64,000 nucleotides of DNA from Candidatus Bathyanammoxibius amoris (lineage in GTDB: Bacteria; Planctomycetota; Brocadiia; Brocadiales; Bathyanammoxibiaceae), in the NCBI GenBank assembly GCA_024451685.1, contig JAMXCW010000010.1, positions 3-64,002 on the forward strand, read 5' to 3'. Positions 25,883-36,051 of the stretch are shown piece after piece; position 1 is the first letter of the stretch; every line of letters starts with the position of its first letter. The notes under the pieces are model-generated. The model was given only the letters and a program-made list of their open reading frames with translations. It had not been told where the DNA came from and ran no database searches. Position numbers and translations under genes: made by a program.

Positions 25883-27261
25883 CCTCTCCTACCTCTTATC
25901 CTCCCCGTGCCACCGAGGAGTCCGCTGTAGTGCCTCATAGTCAGGTGGGCCTCTATCTTCTGTAGCATGTCCAGCGCAACACCCACCACTATAAGCAACC
26001 CGGTCCCGCCATAAAAACCTGCTATAGCACGACTTACCTCAAATCCCCTCGTCATCACCATCGGCAGCAATGCGATTATTGCCAGGAATGCGGCGCCAGC
26101 CAGGGTTATCCTGCTCATGACATTTTCGAGGTAATCAGCCGTCCGCCCGCCGGGCCTGATACCGGGGATAAAACTACCATAGTCCTTCATATTATCTGAC
26201 ATGTCTTTTGGGTTAAACTGTATCGCCGTCCAAAAGTAACAGAAGAAGGCTATAAGAAAGCAATAGAGACTCACATAAACAATCCCGCCCTGAAGGGCCT
26301 CAGTCAGGCGTGAGGTCATCCAGTAGCCGAGACTGTTGGGTTCAAACCTCACCTGCAGGCCCTGTAAGATTGCGGTTGGAAATATAAGCAGAGACTGTGC
26401 AAATATGATGGGCATTACCCCCGCCTGGTTTACCCTGAGCGGGAGAAAGTGCTTCTGGCCACCATAAACCTTTCGCCCGCGGGTGTGCTTTGCCTGCTGG
26501 ACGGGGATGCGTCTCTGGCCCTGGGTAATATATACTACCCCGGCTACTATGGCCAAGAAGGAAGCTATCAACATTAACAGCTTAAAAATGCCTATTTGAT
26601 GCTCAGCCGGAGCAACCGAGAACGTGAAGTTCGAGACAATCTGGGAGAATGCCCAGGGGAGACGGTCTACAATACCCACCATTATTACTATAGAAATGCC
26701 GCTTCCTATCCCAAATTCATCTATCTGCTCTCCTATCCACATCAAAAACATGGTCCCTGTGGTAAGCAGCAGGGCGGCCATGAGCTGAAAGCCCATGCCC
26801 TGGAGATACACCGGCACCACCGGCACGTTGTTTATCTCTATCGTGTAGAGTGTGCGGGTAAGGATAAAGGCCTGAAACATACAGAGACATACGGTGGTCA
26901 TTCTCGTATACTGGTTTATCTTCTTTCTCCCCGCATCTCCTTCCTTGTTCAGTCGCTCTAAGGCCGGAACAACCCCTACCAGCAGCTGAAAGATAATGGA
27001 CGCGCTTATGTAGGGCATAACCCCCAGGCCAAAGACAGCGCCTGACGCAAGGGCACCACCGGCAAAGAGGTCTACCAGGCCGAGAAGCTGGCCTACACCC
27101 GTACCCGTAAACTGCACAAAATATGTCTTCAGGACTTCTGTATCAATACCGGGTATCGGAATAAAGACCCCGACCCTGCACAGGGCGATGAGGCCCAGGG
27201 TGATCAAGAGCTTGCGCCGCAGTTCGGGTATCTTGTATATGTTTTGTAACTTTTCTATCAC
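25879..27261 (-). CDS. secY: preprotein translocase subunit SecY
   Basis: 460 aa, 10-TM type, with spc-operon position between rplO and adk. Confidence 0.95.
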   Translation of the reverse strand: MIEKLQNIYKIPELRRKLLITLGLIALCRVGVFIPIPGIDTEVLKTYFVQFTGTGVGQLLGLVDLFAGGALASGAVFGLGVMPYISASIIFQLLVGVVPALERLNKEGDAGRKKINQYTRMTTVCLCMFQAFILTRTLYTIEINNVPVVPVYLQGMGFQLMAALLLTTGTMFLMWIGEQIDEFGIGSGISIVIMVGIVDRLPWAFSQIVSNFTFSVAPAEHQIGIFKLLMLIASFLAIVAGVVYITQGQRRIPVQQAKHTRGRKVYGGQKHFLPLRVNQAGVMPIIFAQSLLIFPTAILQGLQVRFEPNSLGYWMTSRLTEALQGGIVYVSLYCFLIAFFCYFWTAIQFNPKDMSDNMKDYGSFIPGIRPGGRTADYLENVMSRITLAGAAFLAIIALLPMVMTRGFEVSRAIAGFYGGTGLLIVVGVALDMLQKIEAHLTMRHYSGLLGGTGRIRGRRG

Positions 27262-27704
27262 TCTATTACTTTCGCCTCACCACCTGCGGCCTTTATCTTT
27301 TCGACGGCGCTCTTGCTGAACTTGTGGGCAAAGACCTTAACCGGTCTCTTGAGGTCGCCGTCCCCCAGGACCTTTACCCCGTCCCCGTACTCTTTCTTTA
27401 TGAGACCGGATTCCAGAAGGGTTTTAACGTCTATAACGTCTTTACCCTCCAGAGAATTGATCTGACTCAAGTTTATTATGCTAAAGGTTTTCTTGAAAAT
27501 GTTTGTGAAACCCCTCTTCGGGATGCGGCGCACCATAGGCATCTGCCCGCCTTCAAAGTAAAGCCCCGTCTCAGTCCCCGAGCGGGCCCCGGCACCCTTT
27601 GAGCCCCTGCCGCACGTCTTGCCGAGACCGGAACCCGGACCGCACCCCAGACGTTTCTTCCGCCGCTTCGGTTCGCCATATGTCTTAACGTCCTTCAGGT
27701 TCAT
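27258..27704 (-). CDS. rplO: 50S ribosomal protein L15
   Basis: MNLKDVKTYGEPKRRKKRLGCGPGSGLGKTCGRGSKG. The start is trimmed to ATG 27704, a 4-nt overlap with rpsE; the ORF-track extension to 27935 lies inside rpsE. Confidence 0.93.
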   Translation of the reverse strand: MNLKDVKTYGEPKRRKKRLGCGPGSGLGKTCGRGSKGAGARSGTETGLYFEGGQMPMVRRIPKRGFTNIFKKTFSIINLSQINSLEGKDVIDVKTLLESGLIKKEYGDGVKVLGDGDLKRPVKVFAHKFSKSAVEKIKAAGGEAKVIE

Positions 27705-28195
27705 TCCAGGTCTACCCCTCTGAGTTGGGCTATATGCTTGGGGTCTTTCAAGGAACGCAGCCCCTCCATAGTGGCCTTCACGATGTTTAACGGGTTCCTT
27801 GAACCATAACACTTCGTCAGTATATTCCTTACCCCCGCCAGCTCTACAACCGCCCGCACGGCCGCACCGGCCTTTATCCCCGTACCGGGGGCCGCAGGTT
27901 TTAAAAACACACGGGCGGCGCCGTATCGACCCCATATCTCGTATGGGATGGTATCACCCTTTAAGGCAACGTGCGTTAGAGTCTTTTTGGCCTCCTTTGT
28001 GCCCTTAGATATCGAACTCGGCACCTCTCTGGCCTTGCCGAAGCCGACTCCCACGTTTCCCTGCCTGTCTCCAACAACTACCAGGGCACTGAAGCTCATG
28101 TTCTTACCGCCTTTGGTAACCACCGTACAGCGGTTTATGGTAACTACTACTTCTTCGAGGGCTCCTATTTCCTTTTTCTTCTGCGGTTCCGCCAA
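27701..28195 (-). CDS. rpsE: 30S ribosomal protein S5
   Basis: VVVGDRQGNVGVGFGKAREVPSSI and operon position. No L30 gene follows it. Confidence 0.95.
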   Translation of the reverse strand: MAEPQKKKEIGALEEVVVTINRCTVVTKGGKNMSFSALVVVGDRQGNVGVGFGKAREVPSSISKGTKEAKKTLTHVALKGDTIPYEIWGRYGAARVFLKPAAPGTGIKAGAAVRAVVELAGVRNILTKCYGSRNPLNIVKATMEGLRSLKDPKHIAQLRGVDLE

Positions 28196-28207
28196 GTCTC
28201 CTCCTCT

Positions 28208-28576
28208 TTAGAATTTCAGCTCTGCCTTTCGAGCCGCATCAGCAAAGGCCTTCAACCTTCCATGGAACTTATAGGCACCCCTGTCAAAAACCACCTTGCT
28301 GACGCCGACTTTTTTTGCCTCACCTGCAATCTTCTCTCCTACCAGTTCCGCCGCCTTCTTGTTACCTCCCGAAGGAAGCTTTGCTTTGACGTCCGAGGAG
28401 AGGGTGGAGGCGGATGCCAGGGTTCTGCCCTCGCTGTCATCAATCAACTGACAGTACAAATTCTTAAGGCTCCTGTACACGGTGAGACGTGGCCGCTCCT
28501 TGGTCCCGAACACCTTCCGGCGCACCCGTAGATGTCTTTTGCGCCTTCCGTTCCATTTTTTCTTTTGAGGGTCCAC
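28208..28576 (-). CDS. rplR: 50S ribosomal protein L18
   Basis: [20 protein letters not shown] and [20 protein letters not shown]. Confidence 0.95.
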   Translation of the reverse strand: MDPQKKKWNGRRKRHLRVRRKVFGTKERPRLTVYRSLKNLYCQLIDDSEGRTLASASTLSSDVKAKLPSGGNKKAAELVGEKIAGEAKKVGVSKVVFDRGAYKFHGRLKAFADAARKAELKF

Positions 28577-28594
28577 GCCGTTAAAGAACCTCCT

Positions 28595-29158
28595 TTACTG
28601 CTGTGCGGCGAAGGCCTTGCCAGCCTTCCTCCGTACTACCTCGTCCTTGTATTTTATGCCCTTGCCCTTATACGGTTCCACCGGCCTCAACCTCCGCACC
28701 GTGGCGGCAAACTCTCCCACCTGCTGTTTGTCTATGCCTGTCACAGAGAACTTTGCGGGATTCGTGGGCTGTGTGACCTGTACCGTTATCCCTTCAGGAA
28801 CCTCTACCTGTTTCGGCTTGCTGTGACCTAACGCCAGCACCAGGTTCTTTCCCTGCAGCTTCACGTTGTAGCCCAGCCCCACTATCTCCATCTCCTTCGT
28901 GAAACCCTTTGTCACGCCTTCTACGGCGTTGGCCACAAGCGTCCTCCAAAGGCCCTGAAAGGCCCTTTGTCTCGAATTGGTGGTAGGGACCTTTATCCGG
29001 ATAGTCCGGTCCTTGGAGTCGTACTCCGCCGTCACTACGGGATGAAGGGTCTGGGAGAGCTGTCCCTTAGGGCCCTTCACCTTTACGGTACGCTGGTCTG
29101 ATATGCTGACGTCCACACCCTGGGGGACGGCTACAGGTAACTTTCCTATGCGAGACAT
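28595..29158 (-). CDS. rplF: 50S ribosomal protein L6
   Basis: N-terminus MSRIGKLPVAVPQGVDV and a length of 187 aa. Confidence 0.95.
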   Translation of the reverse strand: MSRIGKLPVAVPQGVDVSISDQRTVKVKGPKGQLSQTLHPVVTAEYDSKDRTIRIKVPTTNSRQRAFQGLWRTLVANAVEGVTKGFTKEMEIVGLGYNVKLQGKNLVLALGHSKPKQVEVPEGITVQVTQPTNPAKFSVTGIDKQQVGEFAATVRRLRPVEPYKGKGIKYKDEVVRRKAGKAFAAQQ

Positions 29159-29172
29159 AATTGTCTATTCTC

Positions 29173-29568
29173 CTACCAGACCGTACATAAGACCTCTCCA
29201 CCGACTTTTGCCTTGCGACATTCCCTGTCACTCATAATACCGCCGGAGGTGGACACGATGGCGATACCCACTCCACCCAGGACCTTTCTCATTTCGTCTA
29301 CACCTTTGTACAACCTGCGTCCCGGCTTACTCTCCCGCTTCAGTTGACGTATAACCCTTTCTTTCCGACGACCGTATTTAAGATAGATCCTGATGACGCC
29401 CTGCTTGTCGTCTTCTGTTTCCTTATAGCCCTTTATGAACCCCTCGTCTTTCAGCACTTTCGCAATCGCACACTTCACGTTCGAGCGAGGCACGTCCACA
29501 CTTTCATGCGTCTTCATGTTCGCGTTTCTGATACGCGTCAACATGTCTGCTATGGGGTCGGTCATCAT
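29173..29568 (-). CDS. rpsH: 30S ribosomal protein S8
   Basis: [16 protein letters not shown]. The start is trimmed to 29568 to avoid overlap with the S14 gene. Confidence 0.94.
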   Translation of the reverse strand: MMTDPIADMLTRIRNANMKTHESVDVPRSNVKCAIAKVLKDEGFIKGYKETEDDKQGVIRIYLKYGRRKERVIRQLKRESKPGRRLYKGVDEMRKVLGGVGIAIVSTSGGIMSDRECRKAKVGGEVLCTVW

Positions 29569-29578
29569 GGCGTCTCTC

Positions 29579-29764
29579 CTACCAGCTTGCCTTTCTGACT
29601 CCGGGTATATCTCCACTGGAGGCCAGGGTCCTGAAGCAAATCCTGCATATCTGGAACTTGCGGTAATATGCCCTCTGCCTGCCGCATAGTTTACAGCGGT
29701 TATACTTGCGGGTCTTGTATTTCGGTTCTCTCTTCGTTTTTTCTAATAGAGCTTTCCTGGCCAT
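29579..29764 (-). CDS. rpsZ: 30S ribosomal protein S14, type Z (zinc-binding, 61 aa)
   Basis: [20 protein letters not shown] and the C-terminus GVRKASW. Confidence 0.95.
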   Translation of the reverse strand: MARKALLEKTKREPKYKTRKYNRCKLCGRQRAYYRKFQICRICFRTLASSGDIPGVRKASW

Positions 29765-29767
29765 ATC

Positions 29768-30307
29768 TTATTCCCCGAACGGTGTGCCTAACATACGGAG
29801 TAATTCCTTGGACCTTTCTTTACGCTTACCGCTTATGACTATGGTTATATCCATGCCCTGAACAAACTCTACGTCATCAGGGTTTATCTCTGGAAAGACC
29901 ACCTGTTCCTGTATGCCGAGGGTGTAATTCCCCGCCTGGTCAAAGGCGTCTGGGGACAGTCCCCTGAAATCCTTTATCCTCGGGAGGGTTATGCTGACTA
30001 GCCTGTCCATAAATTCGTACATCCTCACGCCCCTCAACGTGACCTTGCACCCGATGGCGTCTCCCTTCCTGAGTTTGAATCCCGCTACGGATTTCCTGGC
30101 CTTGGTAACTGCGGGCTTCTGACCCGTGATAAGGCCGAGTTGCTTCTGGGCATCTTCGAGGCACTTCTTGTTCTCCAGGGCCTGACCGACTCTCATGTTT
30201 ACGACTACCTTGGAAATCCGGGGCACCTCCATGATGTTCTTATAGCCAAACTTCTTCATCATCTCCGGGGCGACCTCTTCCTTGTAGCGCTTCTCTAACC
30301 TGGCCAT
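29768..30307 (-). CDS. rplE: 50S ribosomal protein L5
   Basis: 179 aa with MARLEKRYKEEV...NIMEVPRISKVVVN. Confidence 0.95.
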   Translation of the reverse strand: MARLEKRYKEEVAPEMMKKFGYKNIMEVPRISKVVVNMRVGQALENKKCLEDAQKQLGLITGQKPAVTKARKSVAGFKLRKGDAIGCKVTLRGVRMYEFMDRLVSITLPRIKDFRGLSPDAFDQAGNYTLGIQEQVVFPEINPDDVEFVQGMDITIVISGKRKERSKELLRMLGTPFGE

Positions 30308-30311
30308 TACC

Positions 30312-30653
30312 TTATGCCTCGACTCCCGCGGTTATTACGTGTCCGCATTTGTAACAAACCCGAGCCTTTGACTTTCCTTTTTCCTGTTTGATACGGGTCC
30401 TGACGCCTTTGTTAAACTTTGCACAATTTTTGTTTGTACACACCACCAGCACGCTAGACACCGCGACAGGGGCCTCTTTCTGCACCCTGCCTCCCTGCGG
30501 GTTCTTTTGACTGGGACGAACGTGTTTGTTTATATAATTAACACCCTCTACCAGCACCCTGTTCTTCTTGACGAAGACCATCAACACCTTTCCGGTCTTC
30601 CCGGCCTCATCCCCGGCCATAATTTGAACTATGTCCTTCGCTGCTATATGCAT
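30312..30653 (-). CDS. rplX: 50S ribosomal protein L24 with a Cys4 C-terminal extension
   Basis: KOW region DIVQIMAGDEAGKTGKV. The C-terminus carries CTNKNC...CYKCG. Confidence 0.93.
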   Translation of the reverse strand: MHIAAKDIVQIMAGDEAGKTGKVLMVFVKKNRVLVEGVNYINKHVRPSQKNPQGGRVQKEAPVAVSSVLVVCTNKNCAKFNKGVRTRIKQEKGKSKARVCYKCGHVITAGVEA

Positions 30654-30668
30654 ACCCTGTTCTCTTCT

Positions 30669-31037
30669 CTACACGACCTCCGGGGCCAGAGACAATATCT
30701 TCATAAAGTTCTTCTGCCTCAACTCCCTTGCAACGGCACCAAAGATCCTGGTTCCCCTGGGATTACCATCGTTGTCAATAATAACGACCGCGTTCTTGTC
30801 AAACCGCAAATAAGAACCGTCTTCCCTGCCGATGTTGTTTTTCGTACGCACTATGACACCCTTTACCACCTCGCCCTTCTTCACCTCCCCGCCGGGCATG
30901 GCCTTTTTCACCGAGGCCACTATTATGTCACCGACCCCGGCGCACTTCTTGCGGGACCCGCCGAGCACCTTTATGCACATGACCTTCTTGGCGCCCGAGT
31001 TGTCGGCCACATCCAGTCTTGAATATTCCATTATCAT
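30669..31037 (-). CDS. rplN: 50S ribosomal protein L14
   Basis: [21 protein letters not shown] and a length of 122 aa. Confidence 0.96.
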   Translation of the reverse strand: MIMEYSRLDVADNSGAKKVMCIKVLGGSRKKCAGVGDIIVASVKKAMPGGEVKKGEVVKGVIVRTKNNIGREDGSYLRFDKNAVVIIDNDGNPRGTRIFGAVARELRQKNFMKILSLAPEVV

Positions 31038-31039
31038 GA

Positions 31040-31297
31040 CTATGCCGCCTTTTCCACTATCCGTACCAGCCGCCAGCGTTTGGTCTTGCTGAGGGGCTTT
31101 GTTTCCATAATCTCCACCTTATCGCCTACACTCGCCCTGTTCCCCTCATCATGGGCCTTGTAGACGGTGGTCCTTCTGATATATTTACCGTAGCGCGGGT
31201 GCTTTTTCCGCCTTTCCACTTTCACAACAAGGGTCTTGTCCATCTTGTTGCTGCTCACAATGCCCATTACCCGCTTTCTCCCGCTCCTGTCTTCCAT
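31040..31297 (-). CDS. rpsQ: 30S ribosomal protein S17
   Basis: [28 protein letters not shown]. Confidence 0.95.
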   Translation of the reverse strand: MEDRSGRKRVMGIVSSNKMDKTLVVKVERRKKHPRYGKYIRRTTVYKAHDEGNRASVGDKVEIMETKPLSKTKRWRLVRIVEKAA

Positions 31298-31299
31298 TT

Positions 31300-31524
31300 C
31301 TACTTAGTTTCTCCAGAATACAGTTTCTTATTGATGCCAAGCTCCATCTCTCTAAGTACCGTCTTGGCCCTTGCTATGTCTTCTCTGGTTCTTGCGTATT
31401 GCGCAGAGTTCTTGAGCTCCCCTGCCTGCCACTGGATCCTGAGGTTTAACAGCTCCCTCTTACTGCCTTCCAGCTCTTCTAATATCTCTTCGTGTGATTT
31501 GGCCCTGAGCTCTGCGGTTTTCAT
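31300..31524 (-). CDS. rpmC: 50S ribosomal protein L29
   Basis: [31 protein letters not shown]. Confidence 0.94.
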   Translation of the reverse strand: MKTAELRAKSHEEILEELEGSKRELLNLRIQWQAGELKNSAQYARTREDIARAKTVLREMELGINKKLYSGETK

Positions 31525-31526
31525 CG

Positions 31527-31940
31527 CTACAGCCTCCTGGTTATCATCCTGACCCTAACCGGAAGTTTATGTGCTACACGGCTAAAGGCCTGTTTTGCCA
31601 TAACCTCGGGTACGCCCCCGATCTCGTACAGCACCGTACCGGGTTTTACAACGGCAACCCAGAATTCAGGTTCACCCTTGCCCTTCCCCATGCGTGTTTC
31701 AATAGGCTTTGAACTAACGGGTTTATGCGGGAATACCCTGATTATGAGCTTTCCCTCTCCCTGCAGGAAATGGCTCACGGCTACCCTCCCCGCCTCCAGC
31801 TGCTGTGCGGTGACAAAGCAGGACCCCATGCTCTGCAACCCGTACTCCCCGAAGGCCACGGTATTGCATCTGGTGGCGTTGCCCTTGATACGTCCGCGCT
31901 GGTTCTTCCTAAACTTGACTCTCTTTGGCATCATACGCAT
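31527..31940 (-). CDS. rplP: 50S ribosomal protein L16
   Basis: MRMMPKRVKFRKNQRGR. The exact start (31940, 31934 or 31931) is uncertain, and the gene overlaps the rpsC 3' end. Confidence 0.94.
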   Translation of the reverse strand: MRMMPKRVKFRKNQRGRIKGNATRCNTVAFGEYGLQSMGSCFVTAQQLEAGRVAVSHFLQGEGKLIIRVFPHKPVSSKPIETRMGKGKGEPEFWVAVVKPGTVLYEIGGVPEVMAKQAFSRVAHKLPVRVRMITRRL

Positions 31941-32583
31941 AGCGGCGTTTCTCCCCTGGGGCAAAGTTCCCTTTGTATATCCAGACCTTCACACCTATGG
32001 TACCGTATGTGGTAACGGCCACGTGAAATCCGTAATCAATATTTGCTCTTAAAGTGTGCAGCGGAATCTTGCCGTTGCTGACGGACTCCGTTCTGGCTAT
32101 TTCCGCTCCTGCCAGTCTGCCCGCTATCTGCACCCTACACCCCTCTGCACCCGCGTTCATGGTCACGTCCAACGCCTTTCTCAGCGTCCTGCGGAATGCG
32201 GCCCGTCTCTCCAACTGTTCACCCACCGCCTCCGCAACAAGCTGGGCATCCAGCTCAGGCTTATTTACTTCCTTTATTTTTACCGTCACCTTACGTCCTG
32301 CCAGTGACTCCAGCTCGTCCGTCAGTTTGTCTATACCGGCGCCCTTGCGCCCGATAATAAGACCGGGACGGGCCGTGTGCAGGGTAATTCTGGCCTCTTC
32401 CCTGGTCCTCTCTATCTGAACAACCGGTATGCCCGCGAAGCGGTAGTTTTTCTTGATATGCTCGCGGATATTTCGGTCTTCGACAAGAAGTGTACCGAAT
32501 TCCTTCTTGTTGGCGTACCAGTTTGAACGCCAGTCCTCGGTTATGCCTATCCTAAATCCCCTGGGATGAACCTTCTGGCCCAT
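31909..32583 (-). CDS. rpsC: 30S ribosomal protein S3
   Basis: MGQKVHPRGFRIGITEDW. The start is trimmed to ATG 32583. Confidence 0.95.
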   Translation of the reverse strand: MGQKVHPRGFRIGITEDWRSNWYANKKEFGTLLVEDRNIREHIKKNYRFAGIPVVQIERTREEARITLHTARPGLIIGRKGAGIDKLTDELESLAGRKVTVKIKEVNKPELDAQLVAEAVGEQLERRAAFRRTLRKALDVTMNAGAEGCRVQIAGRLAGAEIARTESVSNGKIPLHTLRANIDYGFHVAVTTYGTIGVKVWIYKGNFAPGEKRRYAYDAKESQV

Positions 32584-32599
32584 GGCGTCTACTTCCTCC

Positions 32600-32941
32600 C
32601 TATTGCTTGTTTTCGTCCGAAAGAACCACGGTAATATGACTGCTCCGCTTCTTAAGCGGCGCCCACACACCACGGGGTCTGGCCCAGTGCCATTTGCGTA
32701 CGGGCCCGCCGTCGATCCTTATCTCGCTCACACGGAGGGCATCCAGGTCGCCTTCCATAGTCTCCTCGGCATTGGCCAGCGCAGACCTGAGCGTCTTGTC
32801 TATCATGCATGCGGCCCTCTTGCGGGTGACGCGAAGCACCTGCAGGGCATCGTTTACCGATTTACCCTTTATCAGGTCTGATACCAATCTCGCCTTCCGC
32901 GGGGAGATCTTTGCATATCTACAAATCGCCTTTACCCTCAT
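32600..32941 (-). CDS. rplV: 50S ribosomal protein L22
   Basis: AKISPRKARLVSDLIKGKSVNDALQVL. Confidence 0.95.
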   Translation of the reverse strand: MRVKAICRYAKISPRKARLVSDLIKGKSVNDALQVLRVTRKRAACMIDKTLRSALANAEETMEGDLDALRVSEIRIDGGPVRKWHWARPRGVWAPLKKRSSHITVVLSDENKQ

Positions 32942-32961
32942 AGCTGTCTCTGCATGAACTC

Positions 32962-33246
32962 CTATTTCTTTATTATTCCCTTCTTCCTGATTCCACTATG
33001 GCCCCTGAACACGCGGGTAGGAGAAAACTCGCCTAACCTGTGCCCCACCATGTCTTCCGCAACAAAAAGCTTATTAAATATTTTGCCGTTGTGGATAAGA
33101 AAGGTATGGCCGACAAACTCGGGAATGATGGTACAGGCCCTGGCCCAGGTCTTTATGGGGTCCTTCAGGCCGGACTCTCTCTGTTTCTCAACCTTCTTCA
33201 TAAGTTTTTCATCTACGTACGGGCCTTTTTTTACCGAGCGGCTCAT
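32962..33246 (-). CDS. rpsS: 30S ribosomal protein S19
   Basis: [19 protein letters not shown]...[10 protein letters not shown]. Confidence 0.96.
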   Translation of the reverse strand: MSRSVKKGPYVDEKLMKKVEKQRESGLKDPIKTWARACTIIPEFVGHTFLIHNGKIFNKLFVAEDMVGHRLGEFSPTRVFRGHSGIRKKGIIKK

Positions 33247-33255
33247 TTTATATTA

Positions 33256-34086
33256 CTACCTCTTTTTTGTCTGTCGCCTGCGTACTATAAACTTGTTGCT
33301 GGGGGCCCTCTTGTTTCTGGTCTTGCCCCCTTTGGACAACACACCGGTGGGGCCGCAAGGCGGCCGACCGCCGTGTGACCTTCCTTCGCCTCCTCCCATG
33401 GGATGAGCCACGGGGTTCATGGCGACCCCTCTTACAGTGGGCCTTATACCCATGTGCCGTCTCCTGCCGGCCTTGCCAAAAGTTACGTTGCTGTGATCAG
33501 TGTTGCCAATCTGTCCTATTGTCGCCCTGCAGTTCTCGTGAATCTTGCGTATCTCGCCGGACGGCAGGGCTATCTGTGCATACCCGGCGTCACGGGACAG
33601 GAGCTTGATCATGCTGCCCGCAGACCTCGAAAGTTGCCCGCCGCGACCTATCTCAAGTTCGACATTGTGTATTTCCATCCCAAGGGGAATGTTCTTGAGC
33701 GGCATGGAATTCCCCGCCTTTGGTTCGACCTTGTCCCCGGAGACGACAGTCTCTCCTACCTTCAACCCCTCGGGCGCTATTATATACCTCTTCTCTCCGT
33801 CCCTGTAGTGCAGAAGCGCTATCCGCGCGGACCTGTTGGGGTCATATTCAATTGAGGCTACCTTTGCGGGGATATCGTGCTTGTCTCTCTTAAAGTCTAT
33901 CTTCCGGTATTGCCTCTTTTCTCCGCCACCTATATGCCGGGCCGTCATCTTGCCCCGATGGTTCCTCCCGCCCGTCCTGGGAAGGGGTGTCAGCAGGCTT
34001 TTCTCAGGCTTTGTAGTAGTTATCTCTGAAAAATCTAAGACGCTGCCGAAGCGTCTGCCCGGAGATGTAGGTTTGTATTTTCTCAT
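33256..34086 (-). CDS. rplB: 50S ribosomal protein L2
   Basis: 276 aa with [15 protein letters not shown] and HPMGGGEGR. Confidence 0.96.
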   Translation of the reverse strand: MRKYKPTSPGRRFGSVLDFSEITTTKPEKSLLTPLPRTGGRNHRGKMTARHIGGGEKRQYRKIDFKRDKHDIPAKVASIEYDPNRSARIALLHYRDGEKRYIIAPEGLKVGETVVSGDKVEPKAGNSMPLKNIPLGMEIHNVELEIGRGGQLSRSAGSMIKLLSRDAGYAQIALPSGEIRKIHENCRATIGQIGNTDHSNVTFGKAGRRRHMGIRPTVRGVAMNPVAHPMGGGEGRSHGGRPPCGPTGVLSKGGKTRNKRAPSNKFIVRRRQTKKR

Positions 34087-34097
34087 ATACCGCGCCT

Positions 34098-34379
34098 CTA
34101 ATAGCCCAAGTCTATCGTGCCACCCTCTTCAAGGGTTACTACAGCCTTCTTCCAGACGTGAACCTTCGTCAGACCGAACTTAGTCTTTTTGGACTTGCCC
34201 CGCTTGTTCATTGTCCTTACGTCTTTAACCTTTACGTGGAAGAGTTTCTCCACCGCCTGCTTTACCTGTATCCTGTTCGACTTCCTGTCCACCTCGAAGT
34301 GGAAGGTATTGTTCATGTCTCTGTCGGCGACACTTTTTTCGGTCTGTAAAGGTCTCTTTATAATCCTGTATATATCCAA
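34098..34379 (-). CDS. rplW: 50S ribosomal protein L23
   Basis: [11 protein letters not shown]...[20 protein letters not shown]. Confidence 0.95.
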   Translation of the reverse strand: MDIYRIIKRPLQTEKSVADRDMNNTFHFEVDRKSNRIQVKQAVEKLFHVKVKDVRTMNKRGKSKKTKFGLTKVHVWKKAVVTLEEGGTIDLGY

Positions 34380-34385
34380 CGTCTC

Positions 34386-34997
34386 TTATCCTATATTACC
34401 AAGCTCGGAACGAGTGATGAGCAGTCTACCGTGTTTTATTATCTCGTAGGCGTTTAACTGGGTGGCTTTCATGACCTTCAGGCCTGGGACGTTTCTGGCA
34501 GATTTCCAGATTGTATGGTCATTGTCCTCCGCTACCACCAGGCAGCTGCCCTCTATACCAAGTGCCTTCAGTAAACTGACCATCTTTTTTGTACTGGGTT
34601 TACTGAATTCCAGCTTGTCTATGACCTTTACCTCTGCGTCCAACAGCTTCCCTAACATGGCGGAACGCAGCGCCTGTCTCCTGGCCTTTTTGGGCATATG
34701 GTACGAGTAATCCCTGGGTTTGGGACCAAAGACCACACCGCCACCGCGGAACAGGGGTGAACGCAGTGAGCCTGCGCGGGCCCTGCCGGTGTGCTTCTGG
34801 GCCCAGGGTTTCTTACCGGTGCCCTTTACCTCGGCCCTGGTCTTGGTACAGGCGGTACCAACCCTCCTGTTCGCCTCATACATGATTACGGCATCTTTGA
34901 GGAGGACTTTACGCACCTCGCCGCCAAATCTGGCCTCTTCCAGTTCCAGCTTCTCTACCTCTTTACCTCTGGTGTCGTAGACTGCCAGCTCTATCAC
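34386..34997 (-). CDS. rplD: 50S ribosomal protein L4
   Basis: The L4 body begins at VIELAVYDTRGKEV. GTG 34997 forms a GTGA overlap with the rplC stop. The ORF-track extension to 35171 lies inside rplC. Confidence 0.92.
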   Translation of the reverse strand: MIELAVYDTRGKEVEKLELEEARFGGEVRKVLLKDAVIMYEANRRVGTACTKTRAEVKGTGKKPWAQKHTGRARAGSLRSPLFRGGGVVFGPKPRDYSYHMPKKARRQALRSAMLGKLLDAEVKVIDKLEFSKPSTKKMVSLLKALGIEGSCLVVAEDNDHTIWKSARNVPGLKVMKATQLNAYEIIKHGRLLITRSELGNIG

Positions 34998-35635
34998 GAT
35001 TTCTGCCCCTGCTTGACGCTGTTCCTTATGATTACATATCCGCCATCGGCACCAGGCACGGCACCTTTCAATAAAAGCAAATTCCGCTCCTTGTCCACCC
35101 TTACCACCTCTAGATTTTGCACGGTTACCCTGGCCTGGCCCATGTGCCCCGCCATCTTCCTTCCCTTCCATACCCTTGAGGGATACGCGCTACAACCGAT
35201 GGACCCTAACATCCTGGGTTTGACGTGGCCGTGGGTCATAGGCACCCCGCTGAATCCCCACCTTTTCATAGGCCCCTGAAAACCCTTACCCTTACTGAGG
35301 CCGATAACGTCCACCTTTTCTGCGCCTTCAAACATGTCGACCTTCAAGGTTTGACCGATCTCTACGGCCGGTTCTCCATCGTAGGCCACCTCACGAATGA
35401 ACCTCTTCGGCCCTGTGCCTGCCTTCTTTGTGTGGCCAATATGGGGCTTTGTGACACTCTTTTCCTTCCGGTTGTCGAACCCCAGCTGAAGCGCCGAATA
35501 GCCGTCTCTGTCAGGGGTCTTTACCTGAAGGACGTTGCATGGTCCCACCTCAATGACGGTGACGGGTACTCTGACACCGTCGTCACGGAATACCTGAGTC
35601 TTCCCTAATTTTTTTCCAAGCAGGGCACCAATCAT
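34994..35635 (-). CDS. rplC: 50S ribosomal protein L3
   Basis: MIGALLGKKLGKTQVF...GKGFQGPMKRWGF. Confidence 0.96.
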   Translation of the reverse strand: MIGALLGKKLGKTQVFRDDGVRVPVTVIEVGPCNVLQVKTPDRDGYSALQLGFDNRKEKSVTKPHIGHTKKAGTGPKRFIREVAYDGEPAVEIGQTLKVDMFEGAEKVDVIGLSKGKGFQGPMKRWGFSGVPMTHGHVKPRMLGSIGCSAYPSRVWKGRKMAGHMGQARVTVQNLEVVRVDKERNLLLLKGAVPGADGGYVIIRNSVKQGQKS

Positions 35636-35684
35636 TGCGGAACCTTTCCTTAAAAGTAGTTTCTCGCAGGTCTCACTTAGTACT

Positions 35685-36002
35685 TTAAACCTTTATCCTT
35701 ATCTCAATCCCGGCAGGCATGTTGAGCCTGTTGAGTGAGTCCACCGTCTTGGCCGTTGGCTCTACTATGTCTATAAGACGTTTGTGCGTCCTGATTTCGA
35801 ACTGTTCCCTGGATTTCTTGTCCACATGGGGAGACCTGAGTACGGTGTACCTCTCAATGCGGGTAGGAAGTGGTACAGGGCCGGAAACCTTTGCTCCTGT
35901 TGCCTTTGCCGTCTCCACTATCTCGGCCGCGGCCTGGTCCAGCACCTTCTGGTCGTAGGCCTCCATACGTATCCGAATCTTTTGATCTATTACCATGTCC
36001 AA
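35685..36002 (-). CDS. rpsJ: 30S ribosomal protein S10
   Basis: [16 protein letters not shown]...[15 protein letters not shown]. Confidence 0.96.
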   Translation of the reverse strand: MDMVIDQKIRIRMEAYDQKVLDQAAAEIVETAKATGAKVSGPVPLPTRIERYTVLRSPHVDKKSREQFEIRTHKRLIDIVEPTAKTVDSLNRLNMPAGIEIRIKV

Positions 36003-36051
36003 CCTAAGGGAAAAGAGTCAATCTTACTTCGTTTTCATCTTATGTCAAGGT

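Noticed and set aside
27705-27935. Long N-terminal extensions of rplO, and likewise of rpsM (24072-24131), rplD, rpsC, rplJ and rpsH in the ORF track
   Set aside because: The extensions overlap the preceding well-supported ribosomal genes and are not family-like. Internal starts reproduce the canonical N-termini.
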